DNA of 64,000 nucleotides from Antedon mediterranea (taxonomy: Eukaryota > Animalia > Echinodermata), in assembly GCF_964355755.1 (NCBI RefSeq), contig NC_092676.1:11199888-11263887 (forward strand), written 5' to 3'. Positions 36,713-49,300 of the stretch are shown here, piece after piece. Each line of letters opens with the position of its first letter. The first letter of the stretch is position 1. Under the pieces are notes generated by a model. That model saw only the letters and a program-made list of their open reading frames with translations, searched no databases and was not told where the DNA came from. Position numbers and translations under genes: made by a program.

Positions 36713-39254
36713 CTAGATGGTACGCTGGCTTCGCTCGCGTACCATCTAGGTCGTGCCCACAGATGGTTCTCGAATACATAATAATTTCAGCGTTAAAAAA
36801 CTGGCGATTTCAAATGTACGTACCGCAGGACAATAATACATGTCGTTTACAGCCTACAGGAACGAATAAATAGATACTGTGATTTATTTACTCAACTAAA
36901 ATTAGCACCATGGGAATTACTTCCGAAAGAGAAACCAATTGTTTAAGTCAAATTTAAACAAACTTAATTTGTGTTTTGTATGTAACATTAGGGTTGAGGG
37001 ATGGGGAAGAGGATGGGTGCAAAAAGGAACAATTTTTAAATATTATTCTTTATCCATTTAGTAACGAAATATTAATTGAACTTATTCAACCTTATGTTCC
37101 TAAGCGGTCTCTGAGATCTAGATCTGAGTCTCTTCTTGCCCATATATTTCATCCTTCCACTAAGTTTTATGGAAATCGTTCATTTTCTTCGGTATCCGTT
37201 TCTCTATGGAATGCGTTGCCTATTGAAATCCGTCAGGCTACTTCCACCAGTGTCTTCAAATCTCTCCTCAAAACCCACTTTTTAATTTGTAAATTTCTAA
37301 ATTGTTCTGTCTTTGTAAAGCGCATTGAGGCTTTCAGCATAATGCGCTATATCAAATACCAGTTATTATTATTATTATTATTACTACTATTCTAGGCCTA
37401 CCTAGGCCTAGGCTAGCTAGCTAGAGGCCTAGTTAGGCTTCCTAGGGCCAAGCCTAAGATAAGCTAAATATAGGCCTAGCTAGGCCCCTAGACTAGGCCT
37501 AGGCTAGTTATTTAATCTTGGCCCTAATTAATAGCGATATACCGTACTATGCGGCGACTATAATAGTCCGGCTAGGCCTAACTTTTAGCTTAGCTGACTA
37601 GGCCTATGCAACTAGTTTTTAAAATTGGTACCAACTCACCTCACGCCCAGCCAGGCGGCAAAAGCCGCATCACTTAGTTAGACGTACCTAGGCTAGGCCT
37701 AGAATAGAAGACACTGACAGAAAATTAAAATACATGCCTCTAGGACCTAGAATTATTTATAAATTTGGTGAAACAGAATTTAACCATTTAATTATTTGTT
37801 CTATATAAATTGTAGCCTTAAGGATTGACACTCAAAATAAACATAGATCGGGTCAGTCGGTTGATTTTACTTCCCCCTTTTTAGTGTAAAATGGCTTTAA
37901 GGGTAATATAATAAATTCCCCTTAAGGCATCGATTGTGGTATGAAAACGTTAAGGGGAAAGGCCAAAAAGGTTATATCTGCCATTTTACCTACAAAATGA
38001 AAACAAACGATTGTATCGTAATTAGAATCATTAAAATATATGTTAAAACGCAAAAAAGATTATATTTAGCCGATATTTTGGTTTAAAACGGTTGTTTTCC
38101 TTATTTTCCCCTTAAGGTCAGCATTTACACACTTTCCCCTTAAGGTGCCTACTAATGTACGTGTTATTATTATTATTATTGTTTTCATGTTTTACAAATA
38201 ATATACCACTAAACACAGTAAAACATTGCGATGTAATACTTTGTTGAAACTATCACCGTCCTAGTCGATTGAAATAGTACAGTAGGCCCTACATGTAACG
38301 ATACATCACTACGACGTGTATATGTTTATATAATGTAAAACAATTTGTGAAAACCACCTATTCGGGAAAATCATAAATTCGATTTAATCGTCAATAAATA
38401 TTAAATTATCTAACTCAACTTAATTAGTAGGCCTAATGGTTTTCAATTGTTTCTTAGAGCCAATTCATACTTAAGTTGGTTCCTACCCTACCCACCAAAG
38501 TTGTTCTGCGTTTAGGGCATTTGATGTACTGTAGGCCTATCCTCTACTGGTTTTACAACGCTACTCATGCCAGTGAGGGAAGGGTGATGATGTGGGTGGT
38601 TTAACTGCAATAATAAAGACTTATACATAATATACGGCGAGTGAAAACGCTAGCTCTTTATCCGTTTAAAAATTTATATCCAACCTCTGCAGCACAGATT
38701 GAAAAAAAAAATGGATCGAATTTCTGTTATGAGTATACAGTACTTGCCTTTACGACGCCTGAGGGAATAGACACTTGTGGAACAGAGATTGGAATCTTCC
38801 ATTCATCGCAAATCAATACATTTGTATAAACGTATATTAAATCTATCAAAATAGTATTTTTTAAAGAAAATCGGCCTGTCTTCAACATTATGATGCTGTA
38901 CTCGAGCTGTTCAACCGGTTTTCAGCCATTAAAAACAATTATCGTAGGAGGAGATAGGAAAATGCGAAGCATCCTCGTATTATCGTCTGCGGGTATTTTT
39001 CAAGACGGACATCCATTAGACAGGTGTATACCACGATCGAAAAACACCCCTATTTGGGGCAAATCGTTGAACCTAAATTCGTTTTAATCGTCAATAACTA
39101 ATTATCGAACTCAATTTAATTAGTAAACAGGGTTACATCAGGCGGTTAAAATCAATACCGAAAGTACGAACCAACTTTATATACCATCGAGTAAACATTC
39201 TAGAAATAACGCGTGATTTACCGAATTTTGCCCTTACGTAAATTTATATATAGA
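36713..39254 (-). mobile_element. Non-autonomous Helitron #1
   Basis: Minus strand reads A|TCTATATATA...hairpin...CTAG|T with no TSD. Removal restores the pogo frame exactly. Confidence 0.85.
37075..37392 (+). mobile_element. L2-like LINE 3' fragment
   Basis: YVPKRSLRS..YGNRSFS..LWNALP..FKSLLKTH, then AAGCGCATTGAG..GCGCTATAT and a (TTA)n tail. Confidence 0.85.
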
Positions 39255-40946
39255 TAATTCGCCTATCGCTTGCGCATATCTTACCCATCACATAGTCATC
39301 GAGCTTTAGGTTGAATTCCACCCCGACTCTCCTGTCCCATTGACTCTGAAAATGGAAGTACATTTTTAAGCATTTATTATAGTCTAAATTTTATTGGATT
39401 GCTAGTGAAAGTTATAATTATTATTAAAAATCAGTTTTCACTATAATATCGGTATTTTAACTGACCTTTTCTTTTTGTGAAATTCTTAATCCCATTCCTC
39501 TAAATATGACCATCGGCCGTACCCTAGGGATTCCATCTGCAAATATAGTCAACTGAACCGTACACTGTCGTTTCTCGAGACCAGATGAGCCACTCGCCAC
39601 CCATATCTCTTTCTTTCCTTCTACGTCATACGTCCTTCCATCGGACATAATAAATGGCAGTGGTGTTTGATCCATGTTAGTTATCTCACTATCTGCGAAG
39701 TCTCGCATTAAACGTTGTCTTCGGACGGCTTGGTGGAAGAAAGTAATGGCTGGACCCAAAGCTGTCGGTGGCTTTTGTGCTTGGTACGTTTTCCTTCGAT
39801 GGCTTAGTTTATTCCTCTTCTTGAAATTCATAAACCATCCATTTGAGGTTTTAAAGCCAACTGCTCCCTCTTCTACTGCGATTTGCTTAGCTCTAGACTC
39901 TATCCACCATCGTTTCACTTCAATACCATTATTCCGATTTTCTTTGAACTCTTGAAGAAGCTTTTGCTCAAGTGTCTCATATGGTGTCTTTCTTCCTCGC
40001 ACGCCAACGAACGAACAGTTCTTTGAATGTATTGCAGCAATTGCGTCCTTTCTCTTTTTACACTCTCGCACCAGCTTACGATCAATACTAAATTATTTTG
40101 GAGTCTTTGCGACACAATTGCCATTAGTGCTATGCCACTGCAAAACATTAAAGACACCTTCCCTACAATTGTGACGTTTTGTAAAAATAATACATATATA
40201 TTACTTTAAAAACATTAAACCAGGTCATTCCTTGTCTTAAATGTACGTTTTACGGTAAATTATAATAAAAAGTGAGAAACAATGCAGTATCTAAGTAGCT
40301 CGCGGCGAGTGACCTCTCGTGGACGGTCTTTAGGCCTAGTTTTGTAGGCCTAGCTGGTAAACATCGGTAACGTACGAACATCGTACGCTAGCTATACCTG
40401 ACGTTGTATAGTTACTGCATTAATTGTCTTTCTATTTTTGCCAGACTCCGTTGATACAGATTGTTTTGGCCTCACGATCGATCGAAAAGTGGGTAAATTA
40501 CAGAAAAAAAAAATATCAATCCGCGCGCAATGCATTTTGGGATTTATAGCGGGACGCTATAATTATTAGAATCGACTTATTTTTCACATTTTTAACCATT
40601 TAAAGACGAAAAAAGTTATCGCAATAGGACCATATAGTATTATTTTTACATTAAATATAGTTTGTGATCTTAAATTATATCTAAAAAACGTAGGAAGGTG
40701 TCTTTAAGCGTATAGTCTCGCGTATACACTTTCCTCGTCTTTACCATTTTGCAAAAGCAAAGAAAAATAGCGAATACACACACAACGTGTTGTTTACTGT
40801 CACGTTTGACAAACTACGCAGTGCAGGCACGTCACTATTCGCTGTGCGTACCGCGTATTGTCTAGGCTCAGACATTTTTTACTGGGGTCTTATACTTTTG
40901 CTTTAGCTTGTACATAATATATAAACAAATAATACAGTAAACGAAA

Positions 40947-41599
40947 ATGGCTACACCAAGTGCTATCCACAAAGTGGCAATTGTTTCATTACGAGTAAGG
41001 GCGTGTGGCGCAGTGTGTTGGACGTTGGACTACCGATCGTCAGACCTAGGTTCGAATCCAACTCTCGCCGCATTGCTTGTATCCGTAGGCAAGATACTTT
41101 ACTTATGTTGCCTCTCTCCACCCAGGTGTATAAATGGGTACCCAGTTAGATCTAGACACAACTTTGCGCTGGTTACCGGCTGCATTATGGGAATACTGGG
41201 GTAATAATGCTTGTAAAGCGCATTTGAGCATGATTACTCATGAAAAGGGCGCTATATAAATGTGGTATTATTATTATTATTATATATTACGAAATAAACG
41301 AAGAAATGATATGTAAACTGGAACCTGAAAAGAAAAGTCTAGCCAGAAATGCAATCGAGGTATGTTCGTTGAATGGTGCAGATGTTGGACATGTTCCTGA
41401 ATGTTTGGCTCAGATAATAGCTCCGTTGATGAAAGATAGGACAGTAGTGCAGCTAGCCAAGATAACTGGAATGGAACGAACGGCCCCAGAAGGAAAATGT
41501 GTACTTGGTGGAGGTGTGGAAATTCCCTGCCGATTTTACATATTTGCCAACGAAGCAGACAAGAAAAAGATACAAGATGCGATCAAAGGGCTTAGGTGA
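40947..41599 (+). pseudogene. HIRAN-like domain gene interrupted by a SINE
   Basis: SLRVR..[SINE]..IYYE..CKLEP....NAIEV....VGHVPECLA....ITG....GGGVEIPCRF matches the invertebrate stand-alone HIRAN pattern. Confidence 0.7.
40999..41282 (+). mobile_element. tRNA-derived SINE with a Nin/Deu-like core and an L2-type tail
   Basis: A box TGGCGCAGTGTG, B box GGTTCGAATCC, core CCTCTCTCCACCCAGGTGTATAAATGGGTACC, tail AAGCGCATTTGAG..GCGCTATATAAA(TTA)n. Confidence 0.9.
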
Positions 41600-43351
41600 A
41601 TTTATTAATTAGTAGAGGCCTACATGTAGAATACGTGCGTATGCGCTGCATTAAATTTTAATTACTCACAATACAAGCATCGGTGGCGTGCCATACAATT
41701 CGGCTTTTTAATCCGGCGGCCGAGATTGTCGGCGGCCGAGATGGATCTAACCCGATCAAAGCACCATTTGGACGACAATAAACTATAAAATAAATGTATG
41801 ATAAACACAATCATACATATTAATTATTATCATCAGTCTGCATCACAAGTATCTGGAATTAAATTATCCTACTACAGTAACTCTTAATCACGTGTTTGTA
41901 TTGTTTATTTCTGTTCCTTTGACGTTCAGTAATAATAAACCTACATTCTTAATACAGTATAGTAGTCTATCTCGAAAAGAAGCCCATACTATCTTGAAAA
42001 GAAGCCCAGGGGGCTTCATTTCGAAATGGGCTTCTTTTCGAGAGTACTTTTGCAAACTGTAGAGGGGGGCTTCTTTTCGAGATGGGCTTCTTTTCGAGGT
42101 TTTACGGTAGGCCTATATGTAAATCAAAGTTTTAAAAAAACTATTTAATTGATATATGTGTCCATTTTAGATAAAATGCCGGTCATCTTGGATAAAATGG
42201 CGGCCATTTTGACTTGTTCCGTTAAAAAAATGATGTTAGATGAATGAATAAGTTAGACATTTGTAAGTCTCCTGGTCCAGACAAAATAAACTCTCGAGTT
42301 TTATAGGAAACAAGTCTACAATTGGCTGATCTTTTGAAGCATTTGTTCACTAAACTGATGAAGCAAGGAGCTATCCCCCTATCTTGGGGCCTCGCAGACG
42401 TTATACCTATATTCAAAAAAGGAAATAAGTCTATACCTTTGAATTATAGACCAGTGAGCCTGACTTCACTAGTATGTAAAACTATGGAAACATTCATTAG
42501 GAATAATATAATGGATCATATGGAAAGCAACAATGTGTTTACCAAAAGTCAACATGGTTTTCGGCCAGGTAGGTTATGTAATACAGCACTACTAGAAGCG
42601 ATTAATCAGTGGACCAAATGGTTAGATGAAGGTTCGAGTTTCGATTGCGTTTTCTTGGACTTTTGATAGCGTTCCACACAAAAGATTAATTAAAAAGCTG
42701 AAAACATATGGTATATAGGAGGAAACTTTTAGTGCAGTGGATAGAGGCGTTCCTTACTAATAGATCACAAGTAGTTGTAGTCCTCAAGGAAGTGTTCTAG
42801 GACCACTGCTTTTCAACTTGTATATCAACGACCTTCCTTATCAAATTGATTTCGAGATAACAATTTTTGCAGATGACACCAAGATTTTTAGACAAATAAA
42901 TAATTTAGATGATGCCAAAAAGTTACAAGATGACATTGACAAGCTGTTTAAATGGTCTATAAAATGGCAACTACCGTTTAACTTAGAAAAATGTAGTGTC
43001 ATGCATTTTGGTAGGAAGATCATTAAATTTCAATACAAGATGGGCTATGCATAAAACAAGAAACTACTACAATGGGTCTCCAAAATGACAGATCTCGGGG
43101 TCGTAATTGATGATAACTTAACTTTCGAATCACATGTTTCTCAAGTTGCTATGAAAGCGAACCAAAAGCTGGGAATCATAAATACGTCTTTTAATTATTT
43201 ATCCTGTCACTCCTTATCTCTTCTGTATAAATCGATTGTAAGACCATCCATGGAATATTGCAGTACTGTTTAGCTGCATGCTTTTTTTAAAGGAATCTGA
43301 TAAGTTGGAAAAGGTTCAACAGCGTGCATCAAGAATGATAACAGATTTACG

Positions 43352-46300
43352 CAATAGGGTTGGTGAACATCAGTCCAAAATACGCAGAATTTTTTCCAAA
43401 ATACGTCAAGTTGAGGGCGCTATACTAATCCAAAATACGCGAGTCTTTCCAAAATACGTCAAGTTGAGGGCGCTTTTCATTTTCCAAAATACGCGAATTG
43501 TCCAAAATACGTCAACTTGAGGGCGCTATTCATTTTCCAAAATACGCGATTTGTCCAAAATAAGTCAAATTTTGGGGTGCTAGTAACTTTCCAAAATACG
43601 TCAACTTGAGGGCGCTATTTATTTTCATAAATACGCAATTTCTCCAAAATAATTTTTGGGGCACTTGTTCCAAAATACCTCATACCTAGGCTACTATTAA
43701 TTTTCTAAAAATAGGAAAATTATCCAACTTAAAACAACTTTTGTAGCGCTATTAATTTTCTACAATAGAAAGTTATCCGACATACCCCCCAACTTGAAGA
43801 CACAGTTTTCTCAAATACGCGAATTTTCCACAAAATATTCGAACCTTCAAAACGCGAGGCTGTTTTCAAAAATACTATAAAGGATTGTATCTTCAACATT
43901 GAAAAGGAGAACCATTTTGGTAAGTTTTAAGTTCAGTTTGTATCATATAAGATATCGATAATACAGTAGGTACGGTCTTGTAGTAGTCTCATTGGCTATA
44001 ATATATATCAATATTTGTTGTATGTTAGGCCTATATCTATATTGTCCCAAAAAGCAATAGCTTAAGTATACGTGTAGGCATATAGTTTAATTGGTATACT
44101 TAACTACCTTAGTAGGACAATGCAAGTTATGTTATTTTGTAATAAATGAATGAAATAATAAAAAGAAACAAGAATAAAAATACTCTAGATGATTATACTA
44201 GGTTATATCATTTGGTAGTGGTGGTCCTGTAGCCATACATTTTTTTTCTGAAAACAACCAAAGTTATACAAAGTTTTCAACCTACAAAAATACGATAACC
44301 AGTTACTATTTTTGATGAAAATATTTTCTCAAATCAACTAAATTACGTTGTGATAATAATTGAAATAAATTAAAATCATACATACGATATAACGATTTCA
44401 TTTTGAATCATTTAAAATTTTATAAAATCAGTTTCATCTAAGGCAGTATAAATGCTTGTAATAGTTCTAGGATACACATTTTTTCAATACATTTTTGTTT
44501 TCTGTATAAATATATAAGTTTATTTATTGTCGACGATGTCGCCCACAGTTAATAGCATTCAACATAAGTATACCACAACTGACCAGTTGCTCTAACCACG
44601 CACGATACGTAGCCTCCCAGGAATAAAGTTGATATAACCTCATGACCTTTTCCATCGTAAAATAGTTACAAGTGGCAGTTTTAAGCGATTTTTGACAGCA
44701 TTATTAATCAGCCCCTAAAATGTGCAGACAACTTAGGATGAAGCAAATGTATATGAATATCAATTTCAATTCATTGGTGGGTAGATGTTTGATTTTAGTG
44801 GTATAGGGCGAGAGAGTCCTCGTAAATTGAGGCTGAGGTGAGAGACCTTTTAGATGAACCTTTAGTTGGTCGGAAATCACTCACAAAATCACAAAAATAA
44901 AAAGAATAAATATTCAAATGTTTCAAACAGCATTTAATATACCTGTCGATGTACAGTAAAAAATCTATAATTTTATTGAAATTTAAAATGGTATAATTAA
45001 GCCTATGACTGATTTTGACTCCTGAAAATTTAATTGGTGGGGAGGGTACAATCCCGCCGTTCATTCTCAAGGCTGCACAATTTTTCATGGTACCCATAAC
45101 CAGGGCTTTGTATCTGCCCGCCCCAATCCATGTAATTCTAGATAGAACCAGGTAAAATGAAACAAAAATAAATTAGCCTATTGCATTCATTATTATTATT
45201 ATATTATCATATTATATATTATTATGTTTATGTCTTCTTTCCTAATGTAATTATTTGTTTGTATTTTTAAAGGATACTGTCAATACATATCGACACATCG
45301 ATTCCTAAGTATAATGTTTAATAGGCAAACCAAGATGAAGATGTAACAAAGGTATGCTACAAGATATAATAATATGTGTGCAATGCATCGTTTTATCGAG
45401 TTAATAAAAACTAGATTTATTTATGGTACTGTATCTAGATTTCTCCAGTATAGGAATATTCACATGTATCTATCAAAAACCTAACCCTTAGCCTAACCTT
45501 ACTTGGTACAGACTCCAAATGTGATACACACTACTGAGAAGAATCGGGTAAAATAAGTATTAATACTAACTTATTTTCCTTAATTTCAGAGTTTGTTGCT
45601 GTTTAATTAAAGAAGATTTTACATAAAGTACCACTCTGAGAATTTCTAGCAGAGAGACAAACACAACTGTATATAACTATATATATATATAGGTTTTAGA
45701 AAAAAATGAAGTGCCCATATTGTCAAAAAACCTGGTCAAACAACTCTGAATTAAAAAGACACATTTCTTGTCACGAAAAACGATCGGTATTTATCCCAGC
45801 CACAAACAAATTAGCACAAGTACATGTGCTTGCTTGTAAATGTGAGGAATATTTGTATAAATGTGAGGATAGGTACCATTACCATTGTCCACATTGTAAA
45901 CTAATAATACGAAGGAAGAATGAAGTTATTCCGCACATAAACTCACATCATGATAATAATGCTGAAGTTCCAAGTACTCCAAAAGACGCACAAGCTATCA
46001 AACAGGACAAACGGAAAGCCATCGATGACGAGGGAAAGCTTAATAAACGACCCAGATTTCAGCCAGGTGTATGTGTTGACATGGTAGAGGGTATTTTTCT
46101 TGTGAGGAAATGCATGCATGGTGGTGTGGCATATCCATGCCATGTTCAGAAGTGTAACATAAACAGCAAGATATCTATGTGTGAAGTATCAGAATGCCGC
46201 ATAGTGATGGATGTTGCTAACAACAGTGGTATTCCGGTGTATGAGTGCTCTCATTTACAAGAAGCATCCAGGGTTTCGTATGGCACGTTTACTGGTCTTG

Positions 46301-49300
46301 AAGAACATGTACTTACAAGTCTGTCCGAAGATGGATCTTACAAGATGTTTAGCAAGACAACGACAGAGCGATGTACTGTTCTTCGGGATGCTGCTTTAAT
46401 TGGTGGAAAAGTTCCAGTGGCCTATTATAGAGATGGTCGATACACCCATCTATCAGTTTATGATGGTGAAACCGGATATTACAAAAGGTTTAAGAGAGTT
46501 GCGTGCACATTTGATGCAAAGACGAATAATATATCTTGTGGTTGCTGCAAACTCAAGTTTACTTGTGTTCATAAGGCCATGTGTTTTTGGCGCATGGTCC
46601 AAGACAACATTATCCCAAAAGCAACACCAATCAAGAACGTAAATGACCAGGAAAGCGAAAAGAACGACAATTGTAAAAAAATGGATCTAGGAGTGAAGAC
46701 AACACCGAAAGATTCAGTTGCTAAAGATACGGTATTATATATATACACTAATAAACAAATTCCAGAACCATTCAATCAGTTTCTCCCAGAAAATAATGAC
46801 TGGCCAACTGAATTAATACCATCTGAAAATATTTGTCATAAATGCAATGCCAAATTGGGGCAACCTATACGTATTCTAAGGAAGTCTAGTCTGCTTACAA
46901 TGACAGGAACGCACTTTGTACAAGTATATGTAAAGAAATGCACTGAGTGTAAATTAACAACCTATTATAAGGAACATCAACAAGGTGTCTTCAACTTTAA
47001 CGACTCATTTATTCTTGGTTTTGACGTTTGTGCCTGGTTGAGAGCGGGAGTAAATCATCATGTAGCAATAGGGAGTGTTGTAAAACAGATAAAAGACATT
47101 CTTTCAATTGATCTTGACGAACATCTTGTTATCAACGCTTACCTAGCATTTGAAGCCTTAACAGAAAAAGAACATCCAATGAATTGTGTCGTGTGTGGCT
47201 ATTATCCTACTATTATAATCATGGACGTTGATCGAAAAATACATTTTAGAATTCCAGTTTCAGATCTTCGTAGACCACAACATGATGATCATATTAACGA
47301 GACAGTAGATTGTGAGACCTTTTACAGAAAGGTGGATCTCCACATAATTTCACGAGGCCTCATAAATGTAGCACACGAGAATCCATTTCCTATAGAGGTG
47401 AGCTTTGATAACTGGGCACCCTACATGGGAGAACATACAAGAGGATCAATTGAGCTATTTAATACTGAAATAAGGAAAGTAACATCGGATGGAAGTCTAT
47501 CTAGCGATTGCCGGGAGATGAGCGAAGAACGTCTGCTTGAGATGTTAACACAGTCTAACCTGAAAGAGGTTAAAAAAATTGCAAAGATTCTAAATTTGAA
47601 AAAAAAAGGAGCAAAAATTGACATTATTTGCGCAATAAGAGAGTCATTAGCAAAAAACTCTGAAAATTTTAACAAAGTTATGAAGAAAGTATGGGGATGT
47701 TCAGGAGGAATTTTGACCGCTCACTGTCCCCACGGAATTATCTATGGTTTCAAATATATCGTTAAAGCAGAGAGCCCACGAGACTATGTTGACATTATTC
47801 GGTCTATGAAACACAAGCCCAACATAGTTGTAGTGGATATGTCCCATATTGTTGTAAAATTTGCAAACAATTTCCACTACACTGATCAAACAGACCCAGT
47901 TTTTTTTCCAAATGATGGTAGATTGGCTGAGCCGACAAAAGAAAACATTGATCTTGCAAAGTCCAATAATCTTCAGGTACCCATGACATGGCTTAACTCC
48001 TCGTCGAAAGTGTTTGACAAAGGTCATCCTGTAACCGGAAGAAACGAGACCTTTGCACTGTTTGACAAGTTTCACGAGAAAAATGCTAAGGGTGCAGAAG
48101 AAATAATCAGGAGAGTTGATTTGGTTCCACAATTAAAGGGGATACTTAACACACAAGTCGCTGAACAGTTTTATTCAGATCTCAACAAATCCAAGCATTT
48201 CCTCAACTCAATGTCGATTCCAAACCACATATTTACAGCAAGGATGATCATTGACATGTCAAACCAAGTTCTCAACAGAAAACACATTAAAAAAATTCAG
48301 AAATCAGTAAACGTTCAAGTAACAAGTGACCTCATTGGTAGGATTAAAATGACTATTGGTTGTGCTGATGCAAGAAATATACACCATATCCCAGACGATG
48401 ATGCATCATGTTCTTCCCACAAATTCACAGACGTACCAACATTAATCCCAAAGGCAACTAACCCAGCCTCAGATTGGTGGATAAAAGATCTTGGTTTGAA
48501 ATTGGAAGACAGGAATCGGATTGCGCAATGGGGTTCCGAATTAAACGATCGCGTAATAAATGCTGCCAGTTCTGTACTTAAAGACAACTTTCCAGATAAG
48601 CTTGGACAGCTACATAACATTGTGTGTCACTTCCTTGCAACTGAGAATGACGAGATCGTCTTAGTCAGAGAACGAGTTCAACAACAGTCTGGAAATAATA
48701 CATGTGGTTTCTATGCAATAGCATTTGCAAGTGCCATATGCGACGGTCTAAACCCCAGTTTATTACAATTCAATACAGATGAAGCAACGATAAGAGAAAC
48801 TCTCATAAAAGGTATGGAAGAAAGAAACTTAAGGAAGTTTATGAGGACAGGTTACAATATCGTTACCAAAGAGAGTGTTAAATATGATGATTCATGGAAA
48901 GTAAGTGTTGTTTGCAGTTGTCGTATGCCACCAGATGAAGATACCACCATGTGTTCATTGTGTGGTAAGCATTTACACAGGAAATGCATACAGAATAAGG
49001 CTGCTGGATGGTGCGATGAATGCGCCATCAAAAGAAGAAGAGAAGAGGAAGAGCGACAAAGGAAACCAGAAGAAATGAATCAAAAGGTGAGAGAACAAAT
49101 ATCATCCAAGAGTCCACACAAACTCCTTGAAGAAATCCATCATCTATACTCAACCATAAACGGTCTAGTATACTTCGGAAAACTTCCAAATCCAGATGGC
49201 CATGTATTCATCCATGAATTAACACGAGATATATGCGTACATAGATGCTTTGGCCAGACTTTGTTTTTGGGCAAGTCGTCCAGCTTTATAGTACTGGACC

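Larger units (their letters stand above)
36640..40071 (-). pseudogene. Pogo transposase: CENP-B HTH plus partial DDE_1, with an in-frame internal deletion, split by a Helitron
   Basis: LEQKL..WW..RAK..FKTSNGWF.NFKKR, NMDQTPLPF, EKRQCTVQL, PMVIFRG. Intron 39346-39465. Then SQWDRRV..ASDRRI|IITKWLGNAW, continuous across the Helitron. Confidence 0.85.
36620..42107 (-). mobile_element. Pogo/Tigger-like (Tc1-mariner) element: left end lost, right end at 42107 followed by TA
   Basis: Terminus CCGTAAAACCTCGAAAAGAAGCCC on the minus strand, with several subterminal CTCGAAAAGAAGCCC repeats at 41970-42100. A transposase remnant lies on the minus strand. Confidence 0.65.

Noticed and set aside
37540-37570. 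TACCGTA as the missing left pogo TIR
   Set aside because: The match stops after CCGTA, and the site lies inside the Helitron while the transposase continues beyond it.
40999-41070. tRNA gene
   Set aside because: A and B boxes are present but there is no good acceptor stem, and the sequence continues into a SINE core and L2 tail.
43357-43700. Regularly spaced CCAAAATACG repeats resembling a CRISPR array
   Set aside because: The spacers are short and themselves repeated, the block is mirrored at 50870-51138, and the context is eukaryotic. These are Zisupton subterminal repeats.
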